64,000 bases of DNA from positions 1,824,001 to 1,888,000 of the forward strand of contig CAVQYR010000001.1 of assembly GCA_963718235.1 (NCBI GenBank), given 5' to 3'. The notes below the pieces were generated by a model that saw only the letters and a list, made by a program, of their open reading frames with translations, searched no databases and had not been told where the DNA came from. The DNA comes from an uncultured Actinomycetota bacterium (GTDB lineage: Bacteria > Actinomycetota > Actinomycetes > JAHEKZ01). Shown here piece by piece: positions 40,593 through 51,082 of the stretch (its first letter is position 1; each line of letters opens with the position of its first letter). A program made the position numbers and the translations under genes.

Positions 40593-41740
40593 GCCAGACT
40601 CCTGTTCAGTTCCGACTCCAAGGCGTCCTCGAGTCGGGTTCGGACTTCGGGGATGGCGATCCTGGTGACCAGGTCGGCGAAGAAGCCTCGCACGACCAGT
40701 CGTCGTGCCTCGATGTCGGGGATCCCGCGCGCCATCAGGTAGAACAGCTGGTCGTCGTCGAACCGACCGGTGGCGCTCGCGTGACCCGCGCTCGTGACGT
40801 CGCCGGTCTCGATCTCCAGGTTCGGGATCGAGTCGGCGCGGGCCCCCTCGGTCAGCAGCAGGTTCCGGTTGATCTCGTAGGTCTCCGTTCCCACCGCATT
40901 GGCCCGGATCAAGACGTCGCCGACCCACACCGAGTGCGCTCCTTCACCCTGCAGCGCCCCCTTGTAGCTGACCTGGCTGCGGCACTGCGGCTCGTCGTGG
41001 TCGACGAACAGCCGGTGCTCGTGGTGCTGCCCCGGGTCGGTGAAGAACGCCCCGATCAGGTCGACCGACGCGCCAGGGCCGGTGAAGTCGACGGTCGGGG
41101 CAAGTCGGACGACGCGTCCGCCGAGGGTGACCACGAGGTGGGTGAGCGTGGCATCGCGGCCGAGTCTCAGGTGGTGGGCCCCGAGATGCACCGTGTCGTC
41201 GTCCCAGGACTGCAGGCTGACCAGCGTCAGTGAGGCCCCTGCGCCGACCAGCACCTCGACGTTGTCCGCGTAGGTGGCGCTACCGACGTGGTCGAGGACG
41301 ACAGTGGCGAAGGCATGGGGCTGGACGTCGACCAGGAGGTGCCCATAGGACCCGGTCGCTGCCCCGGACCCCCTGATCTCCACCACGGTGGGCTGGTCGA
41401 TGCTCGTGTCGCTCGGGACGGTGACCACCGTGGCGGTGGCGAACGAGGACCAGGCGCGTGCGGCGACGACGTCGGCGGGCTCCGCCACCACGCCCAGTCG
41501 CACGTCGTCGCGGGGTACCGACTCGACCAGGACCCGCGGGTCGGCGGTGACCGACACCTTGATGGTGTCCCCCACCTCGACCGAGTCGTCGTGCAGGCCG
41601 TTCAGCGAGCGCAACGGAGTGAACCGCCAGTCCTCCTCTCGACCGGTCGGGGTGCCGAAGGCGTCCGGCTCGAAGGCGGTGAAGCGCTCGCCCCGGTCGG
41701 ACACGGGCACCACGGCACCGTGGGAGTGTTCGCTGCTCAC
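40589..41740 (-). CDS. sufD: Fe-S assembly protein
   Basis: REEDWRFTP, YKGALQG, PNLEIE, AGHASATG, LFYLMARG. Confidence 0.93.
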   Translation of the reverse strand: MSSEHSHGAVVPVSDRGERFTAFEPDAFGTPTGREEDWRFTPLRSLNGLHDDSVEVGDTIKVSVTADPRVLVESVPRDDVRLGVVAEPADVVAARAWSSFATATVVTVPSDTSIDQPTVVEIRGSGAATGSYGHLLVDVQPHAFATVVLDHVGSATYADNVEVLVGAGASLTLVSLQSWDDDTVHLGAHHLRLGRDATLTHLVVTLGGRVVRLAPTVDFTGPGASVDLIGAFFTDPGQHHEHRLFVDHDEPQCRSQVSYKGALQGEGAHSVWVGDVLIRANAVGTETYEINRNLLLTEGARADSIPNLEIETGDVTSAGHASATGRFDDDQLFYLMARGIPDIEARRLVVRGFFADLVTRIAIPEVRTRLEDALESELNRSLA

Positions 41741-41741
41741 G

Positions 41742-43154
41742 TCAGCCCACGGCTCCTTCCATCTGCAGCTCGATGAGCCGGTTCAGCTCGAGGGCGTACT
41801 CCATGGGCAGCTCGCGGGCGATCGGCTCGACGAAGCCCCGGACGATCATCGCCATCGCTTCGTCCTCGGACATCCCACGGCTCATCAGGTAGAACAGCTG
41901 GTCGGCCGACAGCTTGGTCACCGTCGCCTCGTGCCCCATCGACACGTCGTCCTCGCGGATGTCGTTGTAGGGGTAGGTGTCGGACCGGCTGATGTCGTCG
42001 ACGAGGAGTGCGTCGCACCGGACCGTCGAGCGGGCACCGTGACAGCCCTCCTGCACCTGCACGAGACCCCGGTAGGACGTACGGCCACCGCCTCGGGCGA
42101 CCGACTTGCTCACGATCGTCGACGAGGTGTTCGGTGCGGCGTGCACCATCTTGGAGCCGGCGTCCTGGTGCTGACCCTCACCGGCGAAGGCCACGGACAG
42201 CGTCTCGCCCTTGGCGCCCTCGCCCATCAGCCACACGGCGGGGTACTTCATGGTCACCTTGGAACCGATGTTGCCGTCGATCCACTCCATGGTCGCCCCC
42301 TCCTGGGCGACCGCCCGCTTGGTGACCAGGTTGTAGACGTTGTTGGACCAGTTCTGGATCGTCGTGTACCGGCAACGGGCGTTCTTCTTCACGACGATCT
42401 CGACCACCGCCGAGTGCAGCGAGTCCGAGGAGTAGATCGGCGCGGTGCAGCCCTCGACGTAGTGAACGTAGGAGTTCTCGTCGACGATGATCAGCGTGCG
42501 CTCGAACTGCCCCATGTTCTCGGTGTTGATCCGGAAGTACGCCTGCAGGGGGATCTCGACGTTGACGTTAGGTGGGACGTAGATGAACGAGCCGCCCGAC
42601 CACACCGCGGAGTTCAGGGCGGCGAACTTGTTGTCACCGGGCGGGATGACCGAACCGAAGTACTCCTTGAAGATGTCCTCGTGCTCGCGCAGGGCGGTGT
42701 CGGTGTCGAGGAAGATGACGCCCTGCTCCTCGAGATCCTCGCGGATCTTGTGGTAAACCACCTCACTTTCGTACTGGGCGGCCACTCCGGCGACCAGGCG
42801 CTGCTTCTCGGCCTCCGGGATGCCCAGCCGGTCGTAGGTGTTCTTGATGTCCTCGGGCAGGTCCTCCCACGACTCGGCCTGCTTCTCGGTGGACCGCACG
42901 AAGTACTTGATCGTGTCGAAGTGGATACCGGACAGGTCGGCACCCCAGGTCGGCATCGGCTTCTTGTCGAACAGGCGCAGCGACTTCAGACGCATGTCGA
43001 GCATCCACTGCGGCTCGTTCTTCTTCGAGGAGATGTCGCGCACGACGGCCTCGCTCAGGCCGCGGCGGGCGTTGGTGCCGGCGGCATCGGCGTCGTGCCA
43101 GCCGTACTCGTAGGTGCCCAGACCGTCGAGCTCGGGGTGCGAGGCGGTGGTCAT
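41742..43154 (-). CDS. sufB: Fe-S assembly protein
   Basis: [36 protein letters not shown]. Confidence 0.96.
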   Translation of the reverse strand: MTTASHPELDGLGTYEYGWHDADAAGTNARRGLSEAVVRDISSKKNEPQWMLDMRLKSLRLFDKKPMPTWGADLSGIHFDTIKYFVRSTEKQAESWEDLPEDIKNTYDRLGIPEAEKQRLVAGVAAQYESEVVYHKIREDLEEQGVIFLDTDTALREHEDIFKEYFGSVIPPGDNKFAALNSAVWSGGSFIYVPPNVNVEIPLQAYFRINTENMGQFERTLIIVDENSYVHYVEGCTAPIYSSDSLHSAVVEIVVKKNARCRYTTIQNWSNNVYNLVTKRAVAQEGATMEWIDGNIGSKVTMKYPAVWLMGEGAKGETLSVAFAGEGQHQDAGSKMVHAAPNTSSTIVSKSVARGGGRTSYRGLVQVQEGCHGARSTVRCDALLVDDISRSDTYPYNDIREDDVSMGHEATVTKLSADQLFYLMSRGMSEDEAMAMIVRGFVEPIARELPMEYALELNRLIELQMEGAVG

Positions 43155-43903
43155 GCGGAGTTCCTCTCGTCGGAGGCGATCGGTGGGTGCAGTGGGACGA
43201 CGGTGGTACAGACGCCGTCGCCGTGGGCGATGGTGGCCAGACGCTGCACGTGCCGGCCGAGGAGCGCGGCGAACGCCTCGGTCTCGGCCTCGCACAGCTG
43301 GGGGTACTGCTCGGCCACGTGTGCGACGGGGCAGTGGTGCTGGCACAGCTGGGTGCCCGTGGGAGCCGGGTCGGCCGAGGCCGCGAACCCCAGCGCGGAC
43401 AGTGCCTCGGCGACGGCCACGACCTGCTGCTCGGCCGGAGCGTCGGGCCAACCGGCTCCGAGTCGCTGGGAGATCTCGCTGCCGAGCTCGCTCGCCCGCT
43501 TCTGCGCGAACGCCGTGACCGCGTCGGGTCCGCCGGTGGCGGCCAGGAAGTCGAGCGCCGCAGTGGCGAGGTGGTCGTAGGACGTCGGGAACGTGGCGCG
43601 TCCGGTCGCGGTCAGCGCGAACACCCGGGCCGGCCGCCCGCGGCCCCGCCGAGGCGAAGGACCGTACGGGGGGCGCTCGGTCGACTCGACGAGCCCGTCG
43701 GACTGCAGGGAGTCGAGGTGCCGCCGCACCGCGGTGGTGCTGATCTGCAGCCGCTGGGCCACCGCGGTCACGGTGGCTGGCCCCTCGGTGAGCAGCGACG
43801 CGGCCACCCGCTGGCGGCCCACCGTCGGGCCGTCGGAGCCGAGGGCGTCCACCGGTGGTGGCGTGGGGGGTCGCCGCTCCTGGTGCCTCGTGGCGATTTT
43901 CAC
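43151..43903 (-). CDS. sufR: Fe-S cluster transcriptional regulator
   Basis: wHTH ([15 protein letters not shown]), HCPVAHVA...LCEAE...GDGVC; heads the suf operon. Confidence 0.88.
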   Translation of the reverse strand: MKIATRHQERRPPTPPPVDALGSDGPTVGRQRVAASLLTEGPATVTAVAQRLQISTTAVRRHLDSLQSDGLVESTERPPYGPSPRRGRGRPARVFALTATGRATFPTSYDHLATAALDFLAATGGPDAVTAFAQKRASELGSEISQRLGAGWPDAPAEQQVVAVAEALSALGFAASADPAPTGTQLCQHHCPVAHVAEQYPQLCEAETEAFAALLGRHVQRLATIAHGDGVCTTVVPLHPPIASDERNSA

Positions 43904-43923
43904 AACCGCATTGTTGCCGAAAT
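43896..43923. promoter_or_regulatory. Probable SufR operator overlapping the sufR start
   Basis: AT-rich imperfect palindrome ATTTTCACAAC-CGCATT-GTTGCCGAAAT, resembling actinobacterial suf operators. Confidence 0.65.
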
Positions 43924-43986
43924 TGGCGCCAGATGCACGTCAGGCCGCTCGGCGGGCCGATCGCGCACCTCCTACGCTGACCGACT

Positions 43987-44940
43987 GTGCCTGACCCCCG
44001 AACCGCCGAGCAGCCCGGCGACGCCCCTGCCGTCCAGGTCGAGGGCTTGGTGAAGCGCTACGGGTCGCTGACCGCGGTGGCCGACCTGTCCTTCACGGCG
44101 CCCCGCGCGGCCGTGACCGCCGTGCTCGGTCCGAACGGCGCCGGGAAGACCACCACGGTGGAGATCTGCGAGGGGTACCGCACCGCCGATGCCGGCTCGG
44201 TGCGGGTGCTCGGGACCGACCCGGGGGCGCTCCGGGCGCGGGTCGGCGTGATGCTCCAGGAGGGTGGCGTCTACGGCAGCGTGCCGGCCCGGGAGGCCCT
44301 GCGGCACACCGCCTCCCTGTACGCCGACCCGTTGCCGGTCGGCGACCTGCTCGACCGGCTCGGTCTGACGCCGGTCGCCGCCACCGCGTTCAAGCGGCTC
44401 TCCGGCGGCCAGCAGCGGCGCCTGACCCTGGCCCTCGCCCTGGTCGGGCGACCCGAGCTGGTCTTCCTCGACGAACCGACCGCCGGCCTGGACCCCCAGG
44501 CCCGGCTCGCCACCTGGGACATCGTCCGGGAGCTCAGGACGGCCGGTGTCTCGGTCGTCCTCACCACCCACAACCTCGAGGACGCCGAGCAGCTGGCCGA
44601 CCACGTGGTGATCGTCGACCACGGCGTCGTCGTCGCGGCCGGAACCCCGGCGTCGCTGATGACCACCGGCAACCCGGGGCGGGTCCAGTTCGACGTGCCC
44701 TCGGGCACCGGTCTCGATGACCTGCGTTCGTCCCTGCAGGCGGCGGTCGGCCCCGCCGTCGAGGTCACCACACCCCGCCCTGGCCACGTCGTGGTCACCG
44801 GGCCGGTCTCGCCCCAGCTGCTGGCGGCGGTGACCAGCTGGTGCGCAGGTCACGACCTGATGCCCGAGCAGCTGCAGGTCTCCCGGCGGTCCCTGGAGGA
44901 CGTCTTCTTGGACCTCACCGGACGGGAGACCCGCCCATGA
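43987..44940 (+). CDS. ABC-2 type transporter ATP-binding protein
   Basis: [26 protein letters not shown]. Confidence 0.9.
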   Translation: MPDPRTAEQPGDAPAVQVEGLVKRYGSLTAVADLSFTAPRAAVTAVLGPNGAGKTTTVEICEGYRTADAGSVRVLGTDPGALRARVGVMLQEGGVYGSVPAREALRHTASLYADPLPVGDLLDRLGLTPVAATAFKRLSGGQQRRLTLALALVGRPELVFLDEPTAGLDPQARLATWDIVRELRTAGVSVVLTTHNLEDAEQLADHVVIVDHGVVVAAGTPASLMTTGNPGRVQFDVPSGTGLDDLRSSLQAAVGPAVEVTTPRPGHVVVTGPVSPQLLAAVTSWCAGHDLMPEQLQVSRRSLEDVFLDLTGRETRP

Positions 44941-45724
44941 CCAGGTCCGCCGGACTGGACTTCTCCCCGGCGGCGCGGCTGCTCCCCTGCCCCGCATGGT
45001 CGCCGCCCAGGCGGGCCTCGAGCTGCGGATGATGCTGCGCAACGGGGAGCAGCTGCTGCTCACCGTGGTGATCCCCCTCGGGGTGCTCCTCGCCCTGAGC
45101 CTGACCACCTTCGTCCGGCTCGACGGGGCCGCCACAACCGCGGCCCGGGCGACCGAGGTGATCCCCGGCGTCCTCACCCTGGCCGTCCTGTCCACCGCCT
45201 TCACCGGACTGGCCATCCAGACCGGGTTCGAACGCCGCTACGGCGTCCTGAAGCGCCTGGGCGCCACCCCGCTGTCCCGCGGGGCCCTCCTGCTGGGCAA
45301 GGCGCTCGCGGTGGCTGTGGTGGAGACGGCGCAGTGCCTGGTGCTCGGTGGCGTCGCCCTGGCCCTCGGCTGGAGGCCGGTCGGTGCCGCGTGGTGGGCC
45401 GTTGCGCTGCTCCTCGTCCTGGGCACCCTGGCCTTCGCCGCCCTCGGGCTGCTCATGGCCGGGGCCCTTCGGGCCGAGGCCACCCTCGCCGCGGCCAACC
45501 TGGTGTACCTGGTGCTGCTCTTCGCCGGCGGCATCGTCGTCCCTCTGGACCGGATGCCCGACGCGGCTGTCGGCTGGCTGGAGCTGCTGCCCTCGGCGGC
45601 GCTGTCCACCGGGCTGTCCTCGGCCTTCGACCCGGGCAGCCTGGACGTGCGAGCGGCGGCCACCCTCGTGGCCTGGGCGGTCGTCGCCGGGGGCCTCACT
45701 GCCCGGACGTTCCGCTGGGAGTGA
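44937..45724 (+). CDS. ABC-2 type permease (apparent frameshift near 44970; in-frame ATG at 44996)
   Basis: LRNGEQLLLT, AI.TGFERRYGVLKRLGATPL, LRAEATLA, FRWE; ATGA-coupled start is out of frame. Confidence 0.85.
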
Positions 45725-45759
45725 GGTCTGGCGGCCAGCTGAAGTTGTTCATAGCTTGT

Positions 45760-45786
45760 GCATCCAAACCGTGGTCCTGGCGGGAA
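45760..45786 (+). promoter_or_regulatory. Candidate SigK-type ECF promoter
   Basis: GCATCC-N15-CGGGAA upstream of the DUF4397 gene, loosely resembling the SigK consensus CCATCC-N15-CCGAA. Confidence 0.4.
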
Positions 45787-45845
45787 GACCTGGGTACCTG
45801 CTCTGACACATCACGTGTCCAGGCCCACGATGAAGGGACTCCCCC

Positions 45846-46676
45846 ATGCGAAGCCGACTCCTGACCCGCGCTGCTGCAGCAGCCGCTGGCGCCGCCGTGC
45901 TCCCGGCCGCGCTGGTGCTCGGCGCGACTCCCGCGTCCGCTGCGGACGACGCAGCCGTGTCGATCCTGCACGGCGTGCCCGGTGTCACGGTCGACGTCTA
46001 CGTCGACGGCGACCTGCTGCTCGAGGACTTCGAGCCGGGCACGCTCACCGACCCGCTCGCCCTTCCGGCGGCCAGCTACGAGGTGGCGATCTACGCCGCC
46101 GACGCCAAGCCCAAGTCTGACGACCCGATCATCGGGCCGGCCGACATCCCGGTGGACGCAGGGATGGACTACACCATCGCGGCGTATCTCGACGCCAAGG
46201 GCAACCCGACGGCTGGGGCCTTCGTCAACGACACCAGCACGGTGGCGGCCGGCGAGGCACGGGTTACGGTGCGCCACATCGCGGCCGCACCCGCCGTCAA
46301 CGTCGAGGCCGACGGCAACGTCCTGTTCGAGAACCTGAAGAACGGCGACGAGGCCATGGGCGACGTGCCCGCGGCGACGTACAAGGTGGCCGTGGTTCCC
46401 GCTTCCGGTGGTGCCGCTGTGCTGAAGGCCGACCTGCCGGCTGCCGAGGGTGCGAACACCATCGTGTACGCCTGGGGCTCGCTGGCCGACGACACGCTCG
46501 CCGTTGCCACTCAGGTGATCGACGGCCTGCACTCTGCACCTGGTGGCGTCCCTGCCGGTGAGGCCGGGCTCGCGTCCACCGGTGGAACCATGCCCGTGTG
46601 GAGCCTGGCCGTGGCTGGCCTGGCTGCTCTCGTGGCGCTCGCCGCCGGTGCTCGTCTGGTGCGCAGCCGCAGCTGA
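45846..46676 (+). CDS. DUF4397-like secreted protein, probable sortase substrate
   Basis: Signal peptide ending ASA; two repeats (LHGVPG..VDVYV / [10 protein letters not shown]); C-terminal APGGVPAG + TM + basic tail. Confidence 0.85.
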   Translation: MRSRLLTRAAAAAAGAAVLPAALVLGATPASAADDAAVSILHGVPGVTVDVYVDGDLLLEDFEPGTLTDPLALPAASYEVAIYAADAKPKSDDPIIGPADIPVDAGMDYTIAAYLDAKGNPTAGAFVNDTSTVAAGEARVTVRHIAAAPAVNVEADGNVLFENLKNGDEAMGDVPAATYKVAVVPASGGAAVLKADLPAAEGANTIVYAWGSLADDTLAVATQVIDGLHSAPGGVPAGEAGLASTGGTMPVWSLAVAGLAALVALAAGARLVRSRS

Positions 46677-46708
46677 CCGAGCATCCCCGGACAGGGAGGA
46701 GATCTACG

Positions 46709-47368
46709 ATGGCCCGACACGTCGCGTCCGCCATCCTGGTCTCCTCCCTGTCGCTCGTCGTGGTCTCGCTCCTGGCGGGTCAGGCGACGAGCGACCCTTC
46801 GCCCCAGGGGTTCGGTCCACCACTGGCCTCCGACACCGACCCGAATTCCGTTGCCCCAGACCGACAGTCGCCGCGCCTCGTCGAGGCCACGGCAACGACC
46901 GGGGCCGCTCAGCGCCAACGGCCCGTCCAGGTTCGTCTCCCGTCCCTGGGCGTGGGTGCGCCGGTGGTGCCCGTGGGCGTCGCCAGCGGTGGCGACGTGC
47001 AGATCCCGCGCGACGGCGACGTGGTCGGTTGGTACCGCTTCGGGGCCCGCCCTGGCGACCCCTCCGGCTCTGCCGTGCTCGTCGGTCACCGGGACACGAT
47101 CAGCGGTGGCGCGGGTGCCTTGTTCGACCTCGACGACGTCGCGGCCGGCGATCCTGTCCTGGTCACCACCCGCACGGGCGAGACCCTTCGCTACCGGGTC
47201 ACCGCTCTGCGGTCGCTGCCCAAGCAACAGCTGCCCGCCGAACAGCTCTTCGCCCGCGAGGGTCGTCCTCGACTCACCCTGATCACCTGCGGGGGTGCCT
47301 ACCTCCCCGAGGTGGGCGGCTACCAGGACAACCTCGTGGTGACCGCGACACCGCAGGCACGGCCATGA
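46709..47368 (+). CDS. Class F sortase
   Basis: N-terminal [33 protein letters not shown]. Confidence 0.9.
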   Translation: MARHVASAILVSSLSLVVVSLLAGQATSDPSPQGFGPPLASDTDPNSVAPDRQSPRLVEATATTGAAQRQRPVQVRLPSLGVGAPVVPVGVASGGDVQIPRDGDVVGWYRFGARPGDPSGSAVLVGHRDTISGGAGALFDLDDVAAGDPVLVTTRTGETLRYRVTALRSLPKQQLPAEQLFAREGRPRLTLITCGGAYLPEVGGYQDNLVVTATPQARP

Positions 47369-47418
47369 TCGCCGGCAGTGTCCTGACCCGACGTCCAAGT
47401 CCAGATAGCGTGGGAGTC

Positions 47419-47973
47419 GTGGACGTCCGAGAAGATGCCGACGTCGCCGCCGCGTTCCGCGACGGCGAGGAGTGGGCGTTGGCCGCGGCCTACGAGCGGT
47501 GGTCCAAGCTGGTCTACTCGGTGGCCGTGCGCTCGCTCGGGAACAGCCACGACGCCGAGGACATCACCCAGGTGGTCTTCGTGGCCGCCTGGCGCGGCCG
47601 GCACGGTTTCGACCCCGGGCATGGCAGCCTGGCCGGATGGCTGATGGGGATCACCCGGAACAAGGTCGCCGACCGCTGGGGGGCCAAGGAACGCGAGCGA
47701 CGCGCCACCGAGGCGGCCCTGGGTGCATCCGAAACCACCCCACTGGCCGAAGGGGGGGTCGAGGGGATCGCTGACCGGGTGCTGCTCACCGACGAGCTGG
47801 CTCGGCTCGGCCAGCCTCAACGCAAGATCCTGGAGCTCGCGTTCTACCAGGACCTGACCCACGCGCAGATCGCCAGCCTGCTGTCGCTGCCTCTGGGAAC
47901 GGTCAAGAGCCACATCCGACGCAGTCTCGAACGGCTACGCAGCAGATTGGAGGTCGACGGTGCCGCACTGTGA
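47419..47973 (+). CDS. ECF sigma factor (SigK-like)
   Basis: [40 protein letters not shown]; alternative start ATG 47365. Confidence 0.9.
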   Translation: MDVREDADVAAAFRDGEEWALAAAYERWSKLVYSVAVRSLGNSHDAEDITQVVFVAAWRGRHGFDPGHGSLAGWLMGITRNKVADRWGAKERERRATEAALGASETTPLAEGGVEGIADRVLLTDELARLGQPQRKILELAFYQDLTHAQIASLLSLPLGTVKSHIRRSLERLRSRLEVDGAAL

Positions 47974-48670
47974 CCCAGAGCTCATCGCCTTGCGTGCACT
48001 CGGCGAGGACGCCGGGACCTCCGAGGACGACCAGCACCTGGGCACCTGCGCCCGGTGCCAGGCCGAGCTGGATCAGCTGAGCGCCATCGTCGCCACCAGC
48101 CGCACCCTGGACCCGGCCGAGCCGTTGCCGAACCCTCCCCCTGCGGTGTGGGAGCGGATCAACGCCGAGCTCGCCGGTGACCAGGCGGCTGCCCATGACC
48201 CAACCGGGGTCGTGACCCCGTTGCGGCCGCGGCGGCGCTGGTCGACCGGACTGCTCGTAGCCGCCTCGGTCGCCTCGCTCGTGGCCGGGGTGGTGGCTGC
48301 GGTGGTCGTCACCGGCGGCGCCGACGACCAGGCCACCGGCTCGATCGTCGCCTCGACCAGTCTGGAGCCGCTCGAGGACCGCTCCGGAACGGGGGTCGCC
48401 GAGGTCGTCAAGGCATCGGGGGCCAAGACCCTGCACGTCGACGCCACCGGACTGAGCGGTGGCGACGGGTTCTACGAGGTGTGGCTGATCGACCCCGACA
48501 CATTCGAGATGGTCGGGCTCGGCGTGCTCGACGGCCCCCAGGGTGACTTCGCGGTGCCCGCGGGACTGGACCTCGAACGCTTCTCCGTCGTCGACGTCTC
48601 CCTCGAGCCTTTCGACGGCGACCCCGCGCACTCCAAGGACTCCGTCGTGCGAGGCCAGCTGTCGGTCTGA
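47960..48670 (+). CDS. Anti-sigma factor (ZAS motif + TM + RskA-like domain)
   Basis: [17 protein letters not shown] segment, FYEVWL, VDVSLEP.DGDP.HS. Confidence 0.88.
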   Translation: MPHCDPELIALRALGEDAGTSEDDQHLGTCARCQAELDQLSAIVATSRTLDPAEPLPNPPPAVWERINAELAGDQAAAHDPTGVVTPLRPRRRWSTGLLVAASVASLVAGVVAAVVVTGGADDQATGSIVASTSLEPLEDRSGTGVAEVVKASGAKTLHVDATGLSGGDGFYEVWLIDPDTFEMVGLGVLDGPQGDFAVPAGLDLERFSVVDVSLEPFDGDPAHSKDSVVRGQLSV

Positions 48671-48685
48671 CAGCATGACGTCGTC

Positions 48686-49687
48686 ATGACCACTGGCGTC
48701 GCCACAGCATCGCGCACCCCGACCGTGCCCGGGCCGGTCGGGTCGTGGACCAGGCGGATCCTCCTGGCCAACGTCGTCGCCCAGGTCGCCATCGTCGTGA
48801 CCGGCGGTCTCGTGCGGCTGACCGGCTCCGGCCTGGGTTGCCCCACCTGGCCGGAGTGCACCGACGGCAGCCTCGTTCCGGTCGCCAACCAGGTCGAGGG
48901 CGTGCACAAGCTGATCGAGTTCGGCAACCGCACCCTGACCGGCGTGCTCGTGGTCGTCGCAGGCCTGGCTCTCCTGGCGGTCAGCCGAGGATGGTGGTCC
49001 CGGTTCCTGGGCGGTCCCAGCGGCCCGGTCCGCCGACCGTTGGTGCTCCTGGCCTCGATCGTCGTCATCGGCATCTTCGCGCAGGCCGTTCTCGGGGGGA
49101 TCACGGTGCTGGTGGGGCTGCACCCGCTGACGGTGGCGGGGCACTTCCTCTTGTCGATGGCCGTGATCGCTGCCGCCTTCATCCTGTACGCCAAGGGCAA
49201 CGAGCGCGGCGACGGCGTCATGGTCTTGACCGTGCGACGGGAGCTGCGGGTGCTCGCGGGGATCCTGGTCGCCGTTGCGGTGGTGGTCCTCGCCCTCGGG
49301 ACGCTGGTCACCGGCAGCGGTCCGCACTCGGGCGACGCCGACGCCGTCGTGCGACTCCCCCTCGACCCCCGAATGGTCAGCTGGCTGCACGCCGACGTGG
49401 TCATCGCGTTCGTCGGGCTGTCGGCCGCGTTCTGGCTGGGTGCCCGGCTGACCTCGGCCCCGGCTCGAGCCCGACGGGCGGCACTGCTCCTGCTGCTCGC
49501 GTGCCTGCTGCAGGGCGCCATCGGGTACACCCAGTACTTCACCGACCTGCCGCGAGTGCTCGTCGCGGCGCACATGCTCGGCGCCTGCCTGGTGTGGGTG
49601 GCCACCTTGTCCGTGTGGCTGTCGACGCGGACCCCGCAGGGTGCCAGCGGGGTCACGACCGCTCCCAGCGGGTCAGTCGTCGGCTGA
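48686..49687 (+). CDS. ctaA: Heme A synthase (COX15/CtaA)
   Basis: TGGLVRLTGSGLGCPTWPEC, IEFGNR, TGSGPHSGD. Confidence 0.92.
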   Translation: MTTGVATASRTPTVPGPVGSWTRRILLANVVAQVAIVVTGGLVRLTGSGLGCPTWPECTDGSLVPVANQVEGVHKLIEFGNRTLTGVLVVVAGLALLAVSRGWWSRFLGGPSGPVRRPLVLLASIVVIGIFAQAVLGGITVLVGLHPLTVAGHFLLSMAVIAAAFILYAKGNERGDGVMVLTVRRELRVLAGILVAVAVVVLALGTLVTGSGPHSGDADAVVRLPLDPRMVSWLHADVVIAFVGLSAAFWLGARLTSAPARARRAALLLLLACLLQGAIGYTQYFTDLPRVLVAAHMLGACLVWVATLSVWLSTRTPQGASGVTTAPSGSVVG

Positions 49688-50311
49688 GTCGGCCCCGTCC
49701 TCGTCTCCGCTGGTCTCGACCCGGGCCGTCGGCACCCCACTCACGCAGCGCACGTGCAGCTGGACCTCGAGTGACCCGCTCTCGAAGGTCACCTCGACGT
49801 CATCGGCCGGTCCTCGGTCCACCTCGTGCACCGAGAAGCCGGGAGCGGGGCTCCAGGACTTCAGGTAGACCGAGCCGGAGGAGCAGGTCGCCACGACACT
49901 CCCGCCGCGCGACCCCAGGGACCGGGTCACCGACGTCGGGCCCGTCGACTGCTTGCCGCCTGAGGAAGGCGCGGTCGTCGGTGACTGCGACGGTCGTGTT
50001 CCGCTGGTGGCGGAGGATGAGGCGGTCGGGGCCGACGACGGTGCCGACGACGGGGACGAGAGATGCGTCGCGCCGGGGCGGCTGCTGTGGCTCGGCGAGG
50101 GATCCGAGGAGGGCGAGGTAGCGGTCGAGCCGGTGGACGACGTCGCCATGAGCGTGGCGGACGCCAGCTCGGCGGTGACCTGCTCCTCCGAGAGCGCGGA
50201 GGCGGCCGGACTGGTCACCGCGTCACGAACCACCCCCACCGCACCGAGGCCGGTTGCCACCGCGGTGACCGTGAAGGCCCCCCAGAGCACCGCTGTGGTC
50301 GACTGCCGCAT
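49673..50311 (-). CDS. Secreted/anchored Ser-Thr-rich protein
   Basis: N-terminal hydrophobic segment, S/T/P linker, GGSVVATC...SWSPAPGF...V.F......V.C domain; divergent from the TCS. Confidence 0.75.
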   Translation of the reverse strand: MRQSTTAVLWGAFTVTAVATGLGAVGVVRDAVTSPAASALSEEQVTAELASATLMATSSTGSTATSPSSDPSPSHSSRPGATHLSSPSSAPSSAPTASSSATSGTRPSQSPTTAPSSGGKQSTGPTSVTRSLGSRGGSVVATCSSGSVYLKSWSPAPGFSVHEVDRGPADDVEVTFESGSLEVQLHVRCVSGVPTARVETSGDEDGADSADD

Positions 50312-50346
50312 GGCGACCACTGTGCCTCACCGCCCCACGAGACTGC

Positions 50347-50374
50347 GCTAAGCCGCCCTTAACGCAGCGTCAAC
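50347..50374. promoter_or_regulatory. Candidate OmpR-type direct-repeat operator
   Basis: GCTAAG / CTTAAC / GTCAAC at 11-bp period just upstream of TACGGT. Confidence 0.45.
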
Positions 50375-50386
50375 TACGGTGGCGAC

Positions 50387-51073
50387 GTGGCCCACGTGCT
50401 CGTCGTCGAGGACGACCCCCAGATCCGATCGGCGGTCCTGCGGGCCCTCGGTGACCGGGGCCACGCCGTCTCGTCGGCCCCTGATGCCATGACCGGGCTC
50501 CGCGAGGCGGTGGACACCGGGCCCGACCTCGTGGTGTTGGACCTCGGGCTCCCCGACCTCGACGGGATCGAGCTGCTCCGGATGCTGCGGGCCGTGAGCA
50601 CCGTCCCGGTCATCGTGGCCACGGCCCGCGACGAGGACACGATGGTGGTGCGGGCCCTCGACGCCGGCGCCGACGACTACGTCGTCAAGCCGTACAGCGC
50701 CGAACAGCTCGACGCCCGGATCCGGGCGGTCCTGCGCCGCACGGCGGCCGGAGAGGACGACGACCCCGTGCTCACCGTGGGTGACCTGCGGATCGACAGC
50801 AGGGCCCGAGTGGCGACCCTTGGCGAGGACGAGCTGGAGCTCAGCCCACGGGAGTTCGACCTCCTTGCCTACCTGGCGGCCAGCCCGGGGCGTGTGGTCA
50901 CCAAGAAGGAGCTGCTCACTGAGGTGTGGCGACTCCCTTACGGGGGCGCCGACAAGACCGTCGACGTCCACCTGTCCTGGCTGCGGCGCAAGCTCGGCGA
51001 GACCGCATCGGACCCACGGTTCCTGATCACGGTCCGCGGAGTGGGCGTCAAGCTCGTGGACCCCCGCGGCTGA
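50387..51073 (+). CDS. OmpR-family response regulator
   Basis: VVEDD, LDLGLPDLDG, GADDYVVKP, TVDVHLSWLRRKL, TVRGVG. Confidence 0.93.
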   Translation: MAHVLVVEDDPQIRSAVLRALGDRGHAVSSAPDAMTGLREAVDTGPDLVVLDLGLPDLDGIELLRMLRAVSTVPVIVATARDEDTMVVRALDAGADDYVVKPYSAEQLDARIRAVLRRTAAGEDDDPVLTVGDLRIDSRARVATLGEDELELSPREFDLLAYLAASPGRVVTKKELLTEVWRLPYGGADKTVDVHLSWLRRKLGETASDPRFLITVRGVGVKLVDPRG

Positions 51074-51082
51074 CGACCGACG

